In this document: piece after piece, positions 9,115 through 18,600 of the stretch | Layout: the number at the start of each line of letters is the position of its first letter | Numbering within the stretch: the stretch's first letter is position 1 | Assembly: GCA_051747025.1 (NCBI GenBank) | Contig: JBNJFQ010000012.1 | Coordinates: forward strand, 1,529 to 65,528 | DNA: 64,000 bases | Origin: Pseudomonadota bacterium | Lineage (GTDB): Bacteria; Pseudomonadota; Gammaproteobacteria; Ectothiorhodospirales; Ectothiorhodospiraceae | Direction: 5' to 3' | The notes under the pieces: generated by a model | The model's input: the letters and a program-made list of their open reading frames with translations, nothing else | Told to the model about the DNA's origin: nothing | The model's database searches: none | Made by a program: the position numbers and the translations under genes

Positions 9115-9195
9115 GGGGAACACTGATTAATGCACACGCTCGCGCTCGAGTCGCTTTTGCGTGCGAACAAGGCGCGGCGCCCTGGCCGCGTGTCG
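9112..9195 (+). repeat. Intergenic repeat family, copy B
   Basis: Same element as 601-692. It begins at the stop codon of the 8818-9114 ORF and lies between convergent genes. Confidence 0.8.
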
Positions 9196-9282
9196 GGCCG
9201 GATCCCGGCCCCCGGCGGACCCGGACAGCCCCGGCGATCGGATCGCCGGGCTTTCTTCTGCTGGGTCCGGGGGTAGCGGCGC

Positions 9283-9693
9283 CTACTGGCGGATGAAGTC
9301 CGAGAAATACAGCGCGGTGATGCGGGGGTCGCCGGTCAGTTCCTGCAATACGCCGCGGATCTCCTGCAGCGCCTCCTCGCGCAAGTCCTCGCGGTTCTCG
9401 CCGCCACGAACCGCTTCCGGCGGTCGCCCGCCCAGTATCCGGATCAGTCGGTCGCGGATCGCCGGAACGTGTTCGCGCACCGCACGCGCATGTTCTTCGG
9501 AGTTGCCTTCCAGCTGGACGGTGGCCTGGATATAGCGTGCCCGCTCGCCGTCCTGCATGTTGACCACGATCGGGTCCAGGGTCACGTAGCGGCTGTCCAG
9601 GCCTTCGACTTCCGCGGCGGTCGCGGCGAGGGCGAAGGACAACAGCAGGACAAGCGCGGATGACAGTAAAAGGCGCGGGCTGGGCATGGTCAT
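9283..9693 (-). CDS. FliL-family (flagellar basal-body-associated) protein
   Basis: Signal/TM segment, then YVTLDPIVVNMQDGERARYIQATVQLEG...HVPAIRDRLIRILGGR...LREEALQEIRGVL...ALYFSDFIRQ. This is the FliL pattern, including the C-terminal F..F..Q. ATGA overlap with mtfA. Confidence 0.75.
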   Translation of the reverse strand: MTMPSPRLLLSSALVLLLSFALAATAAEVEGLDSRYVTLDPIVVNMQDGERARYIQATVQLEGNSEEHARAVREHVPAIRDRLIRILGGRPPEAVRGGENREDLREEALQEIRGVLQELTGDPRITALYFSDFIRQ

Positions 9694-10511
9694 GCGGATC
9701 TCTCGATGGGGCTGGTGGCAATGACGGTAGCGCGGCGATGGGGCTTCTGCCCGAAATACGCCGCGAGTTGAGCATACACCGAGGGCAGGGTGGCGCGCAG
9801 GTGGGCGGGTTCGAAGAAGAACGACTCCGCCGCCACCGCGAGGAATTCCTCGGGTGCCGTGGCGGCATACGGGTCCAGTGGCAGGGTCTGCGGCGATTCG
9901 CCGGCCTCGACCCGGGCCACCAGGGCCGCGTAGGCCTCGCTGAATGTGCGGGTCCAGACCGGCCGGGACTGACCGCGCGGCAACGGCGGGAAACCATTTA
10001 CCTCGCCGTTGCCCGCGTCCAGTACATGCATCATCTCGTGGACCACCACGGCCCCGTCGTGCAGCACGTCCTGCCAGGACAGCACCACCGGCCCGTGTTC
10101 CCATGCCTCGCCGGACTGCGGCGTCGCTCCCCGGTGCATGATCCCGTCCTCGTCCATCCATTCGTGTTCCGGTACGAAGGTGTCGGGATAGAGGATCACG
10201 GTCCGCCAGTGGCGGTAGGGTTCCAGTCCCAGTTCGAGCACCGGCAGCGCCGCGTAGGCGGCGATGATTCGGCACTGCCGCGGAGCCGGTTCGCCGTCAA
10301 TCCCGACAAACTCCTTGCTGCCCAGCAGGGTCTCGATGTGGTCGCGCAGGCGTGCCTGCTGGTCGGGCACCAGGTACCCGATGAACGGCACGTCGCGCTG
10401 GAGCTCGTCCCACCCTGCCGCTTCGAGGGGCGCACGAGCCGGATGTGGTGCAAACGGGCGGGCCAGGTGATTCAGCCATTCTCGAATCGGGTTGCGGGAG
10501 GCACGGGGCAT
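9690..10511 (-). CDS. mtfA: Zinc peptidase M90 / Mlc titration factor MtfA
   Basis: LPVLELGLE, QSGEAWEHGPVVLSWQDV, the HEMMH zinc motif and LDPYAATAPEEFLAVAAESFF align with remembered E. coli MtfA. The start is set at MPRASRNPIREW (10511). Confidence 0.88.
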   Translation of the reverse strand: MPRASRNPIREWLNHLARPFAPHPARAPLEAAGWDELQRDVPFIGYLVPDQQARLRDHIETLLGSKEFVGIDGEPAPRQCRIIAAYAALPVLELGLEPYRHWRTVILYPDTFVPEHEWMDEDGIMHRGATPQSGEAWEHGPVVLSWQDVLHDGAVVVHEMMHVLDAGNGEVNGFPPLPRGQSRPVWTRTFSEAYAALVARVEAGESPQTLPLDPYAATAPEEFLAVAAESFFFEPAHLRATLPSVYAQLAAYFGQKPHRRATVIATSPIERSA

Positions 10512-10702
10512 GGGCAATGCGGTTTCCTGGCGAGGCGGGATGTCGGGGCCATCGGCACGGCGGGAAAACGATGCCAGAGTGCGCTGTGGAAGCAAAGCAG
10601 GCCCAACTGCGGCAGGCTCTTGCCGCAGGCGGCTCAAGTTTGCCGCCTGCCGGCCGTTAGCCCCCTGCAGATCGCCTGTGGCAGCTTATCGGGAGGCGAA
10701 AG

Positions 10703-11791
10703 GTGCGCATCGCCGAGTATTCCATGGAGTTTTCGAGTCAGCGCACCGCGCTGGAAAACAGCCGGCGCAGCCTGAGTGTGGCTGTGGGGGCGGCGCCAGC
10801 CCCGCCGGCCACTGCGGCGTTGCCCGACGCAGCCTCTGGGGTTGCGCGCGCGGTGCGTGGCGGGCCGGCGGTGACGCCGCCTGCGGTTGCCACCAACCCT
10901 GTGGCCGAGGCCGCAGGTGGCCGGCAGCGGGTGGGCATTGCGCCGACCGAAGTGGAACTGCCTTCGATGGATTCGCTGCGTATGCAGCTGTTGCGCCTGC
11001 TGCTGGAACGTCTCACCGGGCGCGAGATCAACGTGATCGACCCGGCGGACCTGAAGCCGGACGAGGATCTCGAGGTGCCGGCAGTCGCCGGACCCCCTGG
11101 CGCAGCAGCCGATTCGCCCGCACGGCCCGCGATTGCCTGGTCGCTGCAGGAGACCCGGATCGAGATCGAACGCACCGACTTCCAGGCGCGCGGGATGGTG
11201 CAGACCGCCGACGGCCAGCGCATCGATATCGCCATCGACGTGAGCATGAGCCGCCAGTTCGTGGAACAGCGCAGCCTGCAGGGTCGGTTGGAGGGAGACC
11301 TGCAGGACCCGCTGGTGATCAACTTCGACGCCCCGGCCGCGGCGCTGACCGATACGCGCTTCGCCTTTGATCTGGATGCCGATGGCGAGGAGCAGCAGAT
11401 CGCGTTCCTGCGGCCGGGCAGCGGGTTTCTCGCGCTCGATCGCAACGGCAATGGACAGGTGGACGATGGCCGCGAGCTGTTTGGCCCGCTGACCGGCGAC
11501 GGCTTTGCGGACCTGCGGCGCCATGATGCGGACGGCAATGGCTGGGTCGACGCGGCGGACCCGATCTACGACCGCCTGCGAGTCTGGACTCGCGACGCCC
11601 AGGGGCGTGACCAGTTACTGGCGCTGGGCGAGGTCGGGGTGGGGGCGATTTACCTCGGGCATGTCTCGACCCCGTTCGACCTGCGTCATACGCAGGACAA
11701 CGAACTGCTGGGCCAGGTACGCTCCACCGGTTTGTGGGTGGCCGAGGATGGCCGCACGGGTACTGCGCAGCAGATCGACCTGACCGCCTGA
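10703..11791 (+). CDS. Hypothetical protein with EF-hand/RTX-N-terminal-like calcium-binding loops
   Basis: GTG start with a GGGAGG Shine-Dalgarno. Contains Dx[DN]xDG loops: DLDADGEEQQIAF, DRNGNGQVDDGRELFG, DADGNGWVDAADPIYDRLRVW. Confidence 0.65.
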   Translation: MRIAEYSMEFSSQRTALENSRRSLSVAVGAAPAPPATAALPDAASGVARAVRGGPAVTPPAVATNPVAEAAGGRQRVGIAPTEVELPSMDSLRMQLLRLLLERLTGREINVIDPADLKPDEDLEVPAVAGPPGAAADSPARPAIAWSLQETRIEIERTDFQARGMVQTADGQRIDIAIDVSMSRQFVEQRSLQGRLEGDLQDPLVINFDAPAAALTDTRFAFDLDADGEEQQIAFLRPGSGFLALDRNGNGQVDDGRELFGPLTGDGFADLRRHDADGNGWVDAADPIYDRLRVWTRDAQGRDQLLALGEVGVGAIYLGHVSTPFDLRHTQDNELLGQVRSTGLWVAEDGRTGTAQQIDLTA

Positions 11792-11807
11792 TGGCAGGCC
11801 TGCGGCG

Positions 11808-12962
11808 TCAGGGGGTATCCGGTGTGGCCAGACGCTGCTTCAGGTCCTGGATGCGCCGCCAGGAGCGCTCGATGCGCCGCTCGCTGATCGCGCCGGCCTC
11901 GACCCGTGCGACGATATGCTCGATTGCGCGCCGGGCCAGGGTCGGATCGTAGACGTCCGCGTTGTTGGCCAGGACCAGCAGATCGTTGCCGGCATGGATG
12001 GCGAGTTCCAGGGCCTCCTCGAATCCGTAGAACTGCACGATGGCACCCATCTGCATATCGTCGGAGATCACCACGCCCGTATGTCCGAGTTCCTCGCGCA
12101 GCAGTCCCTGGAGGATCGAGCGTGACAGCGTCGCCGGGTGCTGATGGTCCAGGCCCTGGTGGTATACATGTGCGGTCATCACGAGGTCCACGCGGTCCTC
12201 GTCAATCAGCGTGCGGTAGGGTTCGAGTTCCAGCGGGTCCCAGCTGTGGGTCACGTCGGTGAAGCCGTCGTGGGAGTCCTCGCTGGAACTGCCGTGCCCT
12301 GGGAAGTGCTTCAGGGTGGTCAGGATGCCGCGTTCGTGATGGGCGTTGATATAGGCACGGGCGTGCCGGGTAACCACCTCCGGGTCCGCCGAGAAGCTGC
12401 GCTCCCAGCGGGCGATTACGGGGTTGTCCGGGTTGGTGTTGACATCCACCACCGGTGCGAAGTTGATGTTGAATCCGTGCGTCGCCAGGGTGTCGGCGAT
12501 TCCACCGGCGGCGGCGCGGGTCGCCTCCAGGTCATCCTGTTCCCCCAATTCGGCGTGCGACGGGCTGTCCGGGAATCCGTCGTCCGGGGTCAGGCGCCGG
12601 ATGATGCCGCCTTCCTGGTCTACCGCGATCAACAGCGTGTCGGGCCGGATCGACTGCAGGGTGCTGTTCAGGGCCGTGACCTGTTCCGGGGACACGATGT
12701 TGCGCGGCAGTTCAAAGCCGGAGGGCACGTCCCGGTTGAACAGGATGACGCCGCCCAGGTGACGGTCCTTGATGTCCTGCCAGATGGTATCTCCGGGCGT
12801 GATCTCGGTGCCGCGAAAGCCGACCATCAGCATCTGTCCGACCTGCACTTCCAGCGCCGGGGTATCGTCGTTGCTGTTCAGGCAACCGCTCAGGAGCCCC
12901 GCAAGGCCCAGTACACAAAGGCTGACAAGGGCGCGTGGCCCGATTCCGGTATCGCGCATCAC
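11808..12962 (-). CDS. Glycoside hydrolase family 3 lipoprotein (beta-N-acetylhexosaminidase-like)
   Basis: Lipobox LLSGC. GH3 N-domain motifs QEGGIIRRL, GFNINFAPVVDV and KHFPGHGSS. Confidence 0.85.
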   Translation of the reverse strand: MMRDTGIGPRALVSLCVLGLAGLLSGCLNSNDDTPALEVQVGQMLMVGFRGTEITPGDTIWQDIKDRHLGGVILFNRDVPSGFELPRNIVSPEQVTALNSTLQSIRPDTLLIAVDQEGGIIRRLTPDDGFPDSPSHAELGEQDDLEATRAAAGGIADTLATHGFNINFAPVVDVNTNPDNPVIARWERSFSADPEVVTRHARAYINAHHERGILTTLKHFPGHGSSSEDSHDGFTDVTHSWDPLELEPYRTLIDEDRVDLVMTAHVYHQGLDHQHPATLSRSILQGLLREELGHTGVVISDDMQMGAIVQFYGFEEALELAIHAGNDLLVLANNADVYDPTLARRAIEHIVARVEAGAISERRIERSWRRIQDLKQRLATPDTP

Positions 12963-13411
12963 GGTCGTGTCTCCGGGGTGGCCGCGTCTGCCGCGATGAT
13001 ACCCCGACCTGCGGAGGGGGTGCAGCCGGAGCCCCTGCCTTGCGGGGCATGGCCTCCGGTTGTGCAGCGGGCGCGTGTGCCGGCCGCGTGGAGGACTCGG
13101 TGGCGACTACCCGGCTGCCGGGGCCGCCAGCACGATATCGAGCAGGGTCTCGAACACGAACGGCATTGAACCGGTCGAGCAGGCTGCTGACGGTCGGAGG
13201 AATCCATGCATGGCGACTCCGGGGCGATTGCCGACCCTGATGGTTCCCCGGACGCATGAAGCGTCCCGGTCCGGGCTTGTGTACCGGGTCCAGGGGCGTG
13301 TATTGCTCCAGGGCAGGCAGCGGCATTCGCTTCAAGGCCTGGACTGCGTTGCGGTCCCGCGCTGTTGCCCGCAAAGTGGACAGGCGTGCGGGCGACCTGT
13401 GGGTGCTGGAC

Positions 13412-13963
13412 ATGGCGGAAATGGGACAGGACCGGCCATCGGCGGGATCGGACCGGTCGGTGCCTCTTGCCGAACACGGGGATCGGGCGGCCTACTGGCT
13501 GGGTGTCCCCGACGACACGGCATTTCGTTGCAACGCCTATCTGATCCGGGATGGCGAGACCGCGCTGATCGCCGATCCGGGCGGGCGGCAGTACTTCGAG
13601 CGTCTCCGGGATTGGGTCGCGGATATCCTGCCGGATCGGGCGCTGGCGGAGATGGTGCTCAGCCATCAGGTTCCGGATGAGACCGGGTCGATGGTGGAGT
13701 GGCTGCGCCTGAATCCGGAGATGACCGTGTTTTCCACGCCGTGCACGCAGGTGCTGCTGCCGCAGTGTGCCGAACAGACGGCGCGCGCAGCGGCCGAACG
13801 TGTGCGTGCAGTAGGCGAGGAGCGGACCTCGGTCACGATCAGCCTCGGGGTCGTGGTCTGCGAGGGCGAGCCGTGTGCGGCCGATGGCCTGATCGAGGCC
13901 GCGGAACGCGCCCTGTACCAGGCCAAGGACGGGGGAAGCAATTGCGTGATGATGGCGCCGTGA
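13412..13963 (+). CDS. Chimeric/truncated protein: degenerate metallo-beta-lactamase-fold N-fragment fused to the C-terminal tail of a GGDEF domain (probable in-frame deletion derivative)
   Basis: The N-part AYWLGVPDD..CNAYLIRDGETALIADPG...VLSHQVPDETGSMVEWL resembles a flavodiiron/ODP-type MBL domain with the HxExDH ligands degraded. The C-part ERVRAVGEERTSVTISLGVVV...AAERALYQAKDGGSNCV is the post-GGDEF tail of a diguanylate cyclase. There is no GGDEF motif itself. Confidence 0.5.
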   Translation: MAEMGQDRPSAGSDRSVPLAEHGDRAAYWLGVPDDTAFRCNAYLIRDGETALIADPGGRQYFERLRDWVADILPDRALAEMVLSHQVPDETGSMVEWLRLNPEMTVFSTPCTQVLLPQCAEQTARAAAERVRAVGEERTSVTISLGVVVCEGEPCAADGLIEAAERALYQAKDGGSNCVMMAP

Positions 13964-13965
13964 CG

Positions 13966-16900
13966 ATGGCCGGACGCAGCGCCTGGTGGCTTGCCCCTCT
14001 CCTGTGTTGTCTGGCCGCGCCGCTGCCGGCGGAGACGCTGGTCGAGATCGGCGTGCTGGCGAAACGCGGGACGGAGCCGGCGTTGCAGCGCTGGGAGCCA
14101 ACTGCGGCGTTCCTGACCCGGGAGGTTCCGGGGCATCGCTTCGCCATCCGCCCACTCGGCTTCGACACGGTCGCGGAGGCGGTCGCGCGCGGCGAGGTCG
14201 ATTTCGTGCTGGTGAATCCGGCGATCTACGTGAGGCTGGAGAAGGAGTTCGGCGCGGCGCGGGTGGTGACCCTGCGCAACCGGGTGGGGGAGCAAGTCCT
14301 CGATCAGTTCGGCGGGGTGGTGTTCACGCGCGCCGGGCATCCCGGGGTCGCCGATCTGGAGGACCTGAGCGGGCGGCGTTTCGGGGCCGTGGAGGAGAAC
14401 TCCCTGGGCGGGTATCTGATGGCCCGGGGCCTGCTGCAACGCCACGGGATCCGCCTCTCGGCCGATGTCACGGAACTGCGCTTTCTGGGTACCCATGACG
14501 CCGTGGTCGAGGGCGTGCTTGCGGGCGAACTGGACGCGGGGACGGTGCGCACCGACACCCTGGAACACATGGTGGCCGAGGGACGCCTCGACGCGGACGC
14601 GTTGCGCCTGCTGCACGTCAACACCACCGACGACTTTCCGCTGGCGCTGTCGACCCGCCTCTACCCGGAATGGCCGCTGGCAGCGACCCGGGATACCCCG
14701 CGCGGCCTGGCGGATCAGGTGGCCCGCGCTCTGCTGGCGCTCCCGGGGGATGGCGCGGTCGCGCGCGACGGGCTGTATGCCGGCTGGACCGTGCCGCGCA
14801 ATTACCAGCCGGTGCACGATCTGTTGCGCGAGCTGGGCCTGCCACCGCATGCCGAGCCACTGACCCTGCGGGGAGTCTGGGAGCGGTACTGGCCGTGGGG
14901 GCTGGCCACGCTGGTAGTGCTGCTGGTGCTGAGTGTCGGTCTGGTGCAGGTGGTACGCCTGAACCGGCGGCTGCGCCGAAGCCAGCGCGCACTGCGCGAT
15001 GCGCGGGACAGCCTCGAGGAGCGCGTGGCCGAGCGTACCCATGAGCTGGAGGCGGCGCGGCGGCAGTGGAACGATGCCTTCGATGCGATCTCCGACCCCA
15101 TCTTCATCCACGACCGCGAACTGCGCATCGTCGAGGCCAACCCGGCCTTTGCGGCGCTGACCGGGCAGCCCCTGGAGGCCCTGCGCGGACAGGTCTACTG
15201 GCAGGCCCTGCCGGGGCTGGAAGGCGCCCTGGCGGCCTGCCGCGACTGGCCGGAGTCCATGCGCAGCGAGGGCGAGGAGGTCACCCTGGAGGATGGGCGT
15301 GTATTGATATCGCGGTCGTTCGCGATCCAGCACGGGGCGAGTCCGAACAGGGATGCGATCCACGTCCTGGAGGACGAGAGCGAACTGCGTCGCAGCCGCG
15401 AAAACATGAAGGAGGCCCAGCGGATCGCCGGGCTCGGTAGCTGGGTCCTGGATTTGCGCTCCGATGCGCTGGACTGGTCGGACGAAATCTACCGCATCTT
15501 CGGGTTGGAACCGCAGGCCTTTGGTGCCACCTACACGGCGTTTCTGGAATTTGTCCACCCGCAGGATCGCGAGCGGGTCGAGCAGGCCGTGCGGGAGTCA
15601 CTGAGCGGGGATGCGCCCTACGATCTGGACCACCGGATCGTGCGGGTGGACGGGGGCGAGCGCATCGTCCATGAGCGTGCCCGGGTAGAGCGGGATCGTG
15701 CGGGCGAGCCGTTGCGCATGGTCGGGACGGTGCAGGATGTGACCGAGACCCGGCAGGTGCAGCAGGAACTGGAACGCCTGAACCGCAGCCTGCGCACCCT
15801 GAACCTGACCAACCAGGTGCTGATCCGGTCGGAGGACGAGGACCAGTTGTTGCGGCAGGTGGTGGAGATCCTGGTGGATCCCGGCGGGTATCCGCTGGCC
15901 TGGGTCGGGTTTGCCGGTCCGGAACCGGAGTGCAAGGTGATCCCGCATGCCTGGGCCGGCGAGGGGTCGCAATACCTCGAATCCATCCGCGTGACCTGGG
16001 ATGCCGATGACCCGCATGGTCGCGGGCCGGTGGGCCGAGCCCTGCGCGCGGGCGATACGGTGGTGTTTCGCGACCTGCTCGATAACCTCGACTTCGCGCC
16101 GTGGCGCGCGGCAGCGGAGCGTCATGGCCTGCGCGGACTGGCCGCCCTGCCCCTGGTCATCGAAGGGCGCGTGGCCGCGACCCTGAACGTCTATGCCGCC
16201 AGCGAGGATGCGTTCGACGAGCGGGAACTGGAGCTGCTGGAGGAGATGGCCTCGGATCTCGCCTACGGACTGACCGCGTTGCGTATGCGCAAAGCCCAGG
16301 AGCAGGCCGAGTCCGCGCGCGCGGCCAGCGAATCGCGCCAGCAGGTCATGGCCGGGCGCCTGGAGCGTTCGCTGAAGGGCACCATCCAGGCGATCGCGGT
16401 CACCATCGAGAAACGCGATCCGTATACCGCGGGGCATCAGGAACGCGTGGCGATGCTGGCCGATGCCCTGGCCGAGTGCCTGGGGATGGACGAGGATCGG
16501 CGCGAGGGTCTGCGGCTGGCGGCCAGTATCCACGATATCGGCAAGATTGGCGTGCCGTCCGAGATCCTGAACCGGCCCGGTCGACTCTCGGCGCTGGAGT
16601 ATCAGCTACTGCAGGAGCATCCGCGCGTGGGTTACGAGATCGTCGCAGGCGTGGAGTTTCCCTGGCCGGTCGCGGAGATGATCCTGCAGCACCACGAACG
16701 CATGGATGGCTCCGGCTACCCCCAGGGCCTGTCCGGTGACGGGATCCTGTGGGAGGCGCGGATCCTGGCGGTCGCGGATGTTGTCGAGGCGATGGCCTCG
16801 CACCGTCCGTACCGGCCGGCCCTGGGCATGGACCAGGCGCTGGAGGCGATCGACGCCGGGCGTGGCAGCCTGTTCGACCCTGAAGTGGCGGATGCCTGCC

Positions 16901-16980
16901 TGGCACTCTGTCGTGAGCAGGGTTTTGCGTTCCCGCCGTCGGCGGGCGGGCCCGGGCAAACGGTGAGCCCGGATCAATGA
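13966..16980 (+). CDS. Sensor HD-GYP phosphodiesterase (periplasmic PhnD-like PBP domain - TM - PAS - PAS - GAF - HD-GYP)
   Basis: Signal peptide [22 protein letters not shown]. The PBP-like domain includes [11 protein letters not shown]. Also present are PAS segments, a GAF segment, and the HD-GYP motifs HDIGKIGVP and [11 protein letters not shown]. The start is set at ATG 13966. Confidence 0.88.
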   Translation: MAGRSAWWLAPLLCCLAAPLPAETLVEIGVLAKRGTEPALQRWEPTAAFLTREVPGHRFAIRPLGFDTVAEAVARGEVDFVLVNPAIYVRLEKEFGAARVVTLRNRVGEQVLDQFGGVVFTRAGHPGVADLEDLSGRRFGAVEENSLGGYLMARGLLQRHGIRLSADVTELRFLGTHDAVVEGVLAGELDAGTVRTDTLEHMVAEGRLDADALRLLHVNTTDDFPLALSTRLYPEWPLAATRDTPRGLADQVARALLALPGDGAVARDGLYAGWTVPRNYQPVHDLLRELGLPPHAEPLTLRGVWERYWPWGLATLVVLLVLSVGLVQVVRLNRRLRRSQRALRDARDSLEERVAERTHELEAARRQWNDAFDAISDPIFIHDRELRIVEANPAFAALTGQPLEALRGQVYWQALPGLEGALAACRDWPESMRSEGEEVTLEDGRVLISRSFAIQHGASPNRDAIHVLEDESELRRSRENMKEAQRIAGLGSWVLDLRSDALDWSDEIYRIFGLEPQAFGATYTAFLEFVHPQDRERVEQAVRESLSGDAPYDLDHRIVRVDGGERIVHERARVERDRAGEPLRMVGTVQDVTETRQVQQELERLNRSLRTLNLTNQVLIRSEDEDQLLRQVVEILVDPGGYPLAWVGFAGPEPECKVIPHAWAGEGSQYLESIRVTWDADDPHGRGPVGRALRAGDTVVFRDLLDNLDFAPWRAAAERHGLRGLAALPLVIEGRVAATLNVYAASEDAFDERELELLEEMASDLAYGLTALRMRKAQEQAESARAASESRQQVMAGRLERSLKGTIQAIAVTIEKRDPYTAGHQERVAMLADALAECLGMDEDRREGLRLAASIHDIGKIGVPSEILNRPGRLSALEYQLLQEHPRVGYEIVAGVEFPWPVAEMILQHHERMDGSGYPQGLSGDGILWEARILAVADVVEAMASHRPYRPALGMDQALEAIDAGRGSLFDPEVADACLALCREQGFAFPPSAGGPGQTVSPDQ

Positions 16981-17002
16981 TGGGACGAAGGGAGGTGGAT
17001 GC

Positions 17003-17425
17003 ATGCGTGGGATAACACGAATCCTGGTGGCGGGTGGGTTGCTGCTGATGCTGGCGAATGCCGGAGCCGACGAGGGAGCCCGGGTGGAGACGCTGGCGCA
17101 GTCGACCAGCAGTTGGGATGGGGCCGAACTGCCGGCCTACCCCGAGGGGCAGCCGGAGATCACCCTGCTGCGGATCACCGTTCCGCCCGGGACCCGTCTG
17201 CCCCTGCACCATCATCCGGTGATCAATGCGGGCGTGCTGCTGAGTGGCGAGCTGACGGTGGTCAGCGAGACCGGCGAGACGCTGCATCTGCGCGCCGGCG
17301 ATCCGATCATCGAATTGGTCGATACCCCGCATTACGGTCGCAACGATGGCCCCGAGCCGGCCGAGATTATGGTGTTCTACGCCGGTGTCGCCGATCATCC
17401 GGTAACGGTGAGCGAGGGGCACTGA
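17003..17425 (+). CDS. Secreted cupin-domain protein
   Basis: Signal peptide. Cupin motifs [23 protein letters not shown] and [22 protein letters not shown] Shine-Dalgarno 7 nt upstream. Confidence 0.75.
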   Translation: MRGITRILVAGGLLLMLANAGADEGARVETLAQSTSSWDGAELPAYPEGQPEITLLRITVPPGTRLPLHHHPVINAGVLLSGELTVVSETGETLHLRAGDPIIELVDTPHYGRNDGPEPAEIMVFYAGVADHPVTVSEGH

Positions 17426-17570
17426 TCGCTGCGCTCGATCCGGTTCCTGCGCGTTCTGCACAGTGCTGGCCGCGCCTGAATCCCGTGCCGGGGAAAGCGG
17501 CTCGGCCAAAGCCACATGGACACCCGGGGCCGGCCGTTTGTCGGGGACGCCCGGGGTTCGGTGACCGGCT

Positions 17571-18338
17571 TCAGGCGTCTGCGGGCCGGCCGGCGGAAGG
17601 GGTCCCGCATACCGGACATTGCGGGTCGCGGCGCAGCCGGATCTCGCGGAACTGCATGCGCATCCCGTCGATCATCAGCAGGCGCCCGCTCAGGGTCGGC
17701 ATGCCCATCAGCAGCTTCAGCGCCTCGGTCGCCTGCAGGCTGCCGATCACGCCGGGCAGGCTGGCCAGGACCCCGTTGGCTGCGCAGGTGTCCTCGTCGC
17801 CACCACCCTCGCCATACAGGCAGTGGTAGCACGCCGCGTGCGGGTCGCGGTAGTCGAAGGTGGTCAGCTGCCCTTCGAAACGGATGACCGCACCGGATAC
17901 CAGGGGCGTGCCGACGGCGCGGGCCGCCGCGCTGATTTGTTCGCGGCTGGCGAAGTTGTCGGTGCCGTCGAGCACGACCTCGGCCGAGCCGAACAGTGTC
18001 TGCATCGCCGGCATATCGAGCCGTTCTGCGCGGGTGGTGATCTCGCAGTCGGGGTTGATGGCCGCCAGGCGATCCGCGGCGGAGGCGACCTTGTCGCGCC
18101 CGAGGTCGGCGTCACCGTGCAGTGGCTGGCGCTGCAGGTTGGTGATCTCCACCTGGTCGAAATCCACCAGGGTCAGGCGACCGATCCCGGCCGCCGCCAG
18201 ATAGGTCGCCACCGGCGAACCCAGTCCGCCCAGCCCCATGATCACGGCGTGGGCTTGCTGCAGGCATGCCTGCCCATCCATGCCGACCCCGGGCAGCATG
18301 ATCTGGCGGCTGTAGCGAAGCAGGTGCTGGTCGTCCAT
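17571..18338 (-). CDS. moeB: Molybdopterin-synthase adenylyltransferase MoeB (ThiF/MoeB family)
   Basis: RYSRQIMLPGVGMDGQ, the nucleotide loop GLGGLGSP, NLQRQ, and the Cys pairs CYHC...C and CPVCG. Confidence 0.8.
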   Translation of the reverse strand: MDDQHLLRYSRQIMLPGVGMDGQACLQQAHAVIMGLGGLGSPVATYLAAAGIGRLTLVDFDQVEITNLQRQPLHGDADLGRDKVASAADRLAAINPDCEITTRAERLDMPAMQTLFGSAEVVLDGTDNFASREQISAAARAVGTPLVSGAVIRFEGQLTTFDYRDPHAACYHCLYGEGGGDEDTCAANGVLASLPGVIGSLQATEALKLLMGMPTLSGRLLMIDGMRMQFREIRLRRDPQCPVCGTPSAGRPADA

Positions 18339-18510
18339 GCGGGTCTCTCCGGGTATCCGTCCCGATTGTAACGGGGGCGACGCTAACGGGCGCGGGCCGG
18401 TACAGGATTATGGCGAATGAGGGATGGGCTGCCAGGGAAACACTGATCCAGGTACACGATCGTGTTGGTGCCCCGGGTTTTCCGAGGCAAGGCCCGTTGC
18501 GGCTCACCTG

Positions 18511-18600
18511 CAGAGTGACTGAACGGCAGTCGCTGCGCCTTGTTCGCATGCACAAGCGACAAAGCAGCGAACGAGAATATGGATCAGCGTTTCCCCTGGG
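18511..18600 (-). repeat. Intergenic repeat family, copy C (inverted orientation)
   Basis: The reverse complement CCCAGGGGAAACGCTGATCC...CGTTCGCTGCTTTGTCGCTTGTGCATGCGAACAAGGCGCAGCGACTGCCGTTCAGTC aligns to copy A. Its first 17 nt or so overlap the 3' end of prmC. Confidence 0.8.

Noticed and set aside
13100-13250. Mini-ORF on the minus strand ending ...MPFVFETLLDIVLAAPAAG.
   Set aside because: It is only 19-34 codons long, has no Shine-Dalgarno and no recognisable family. It is indistinguishable from chance.
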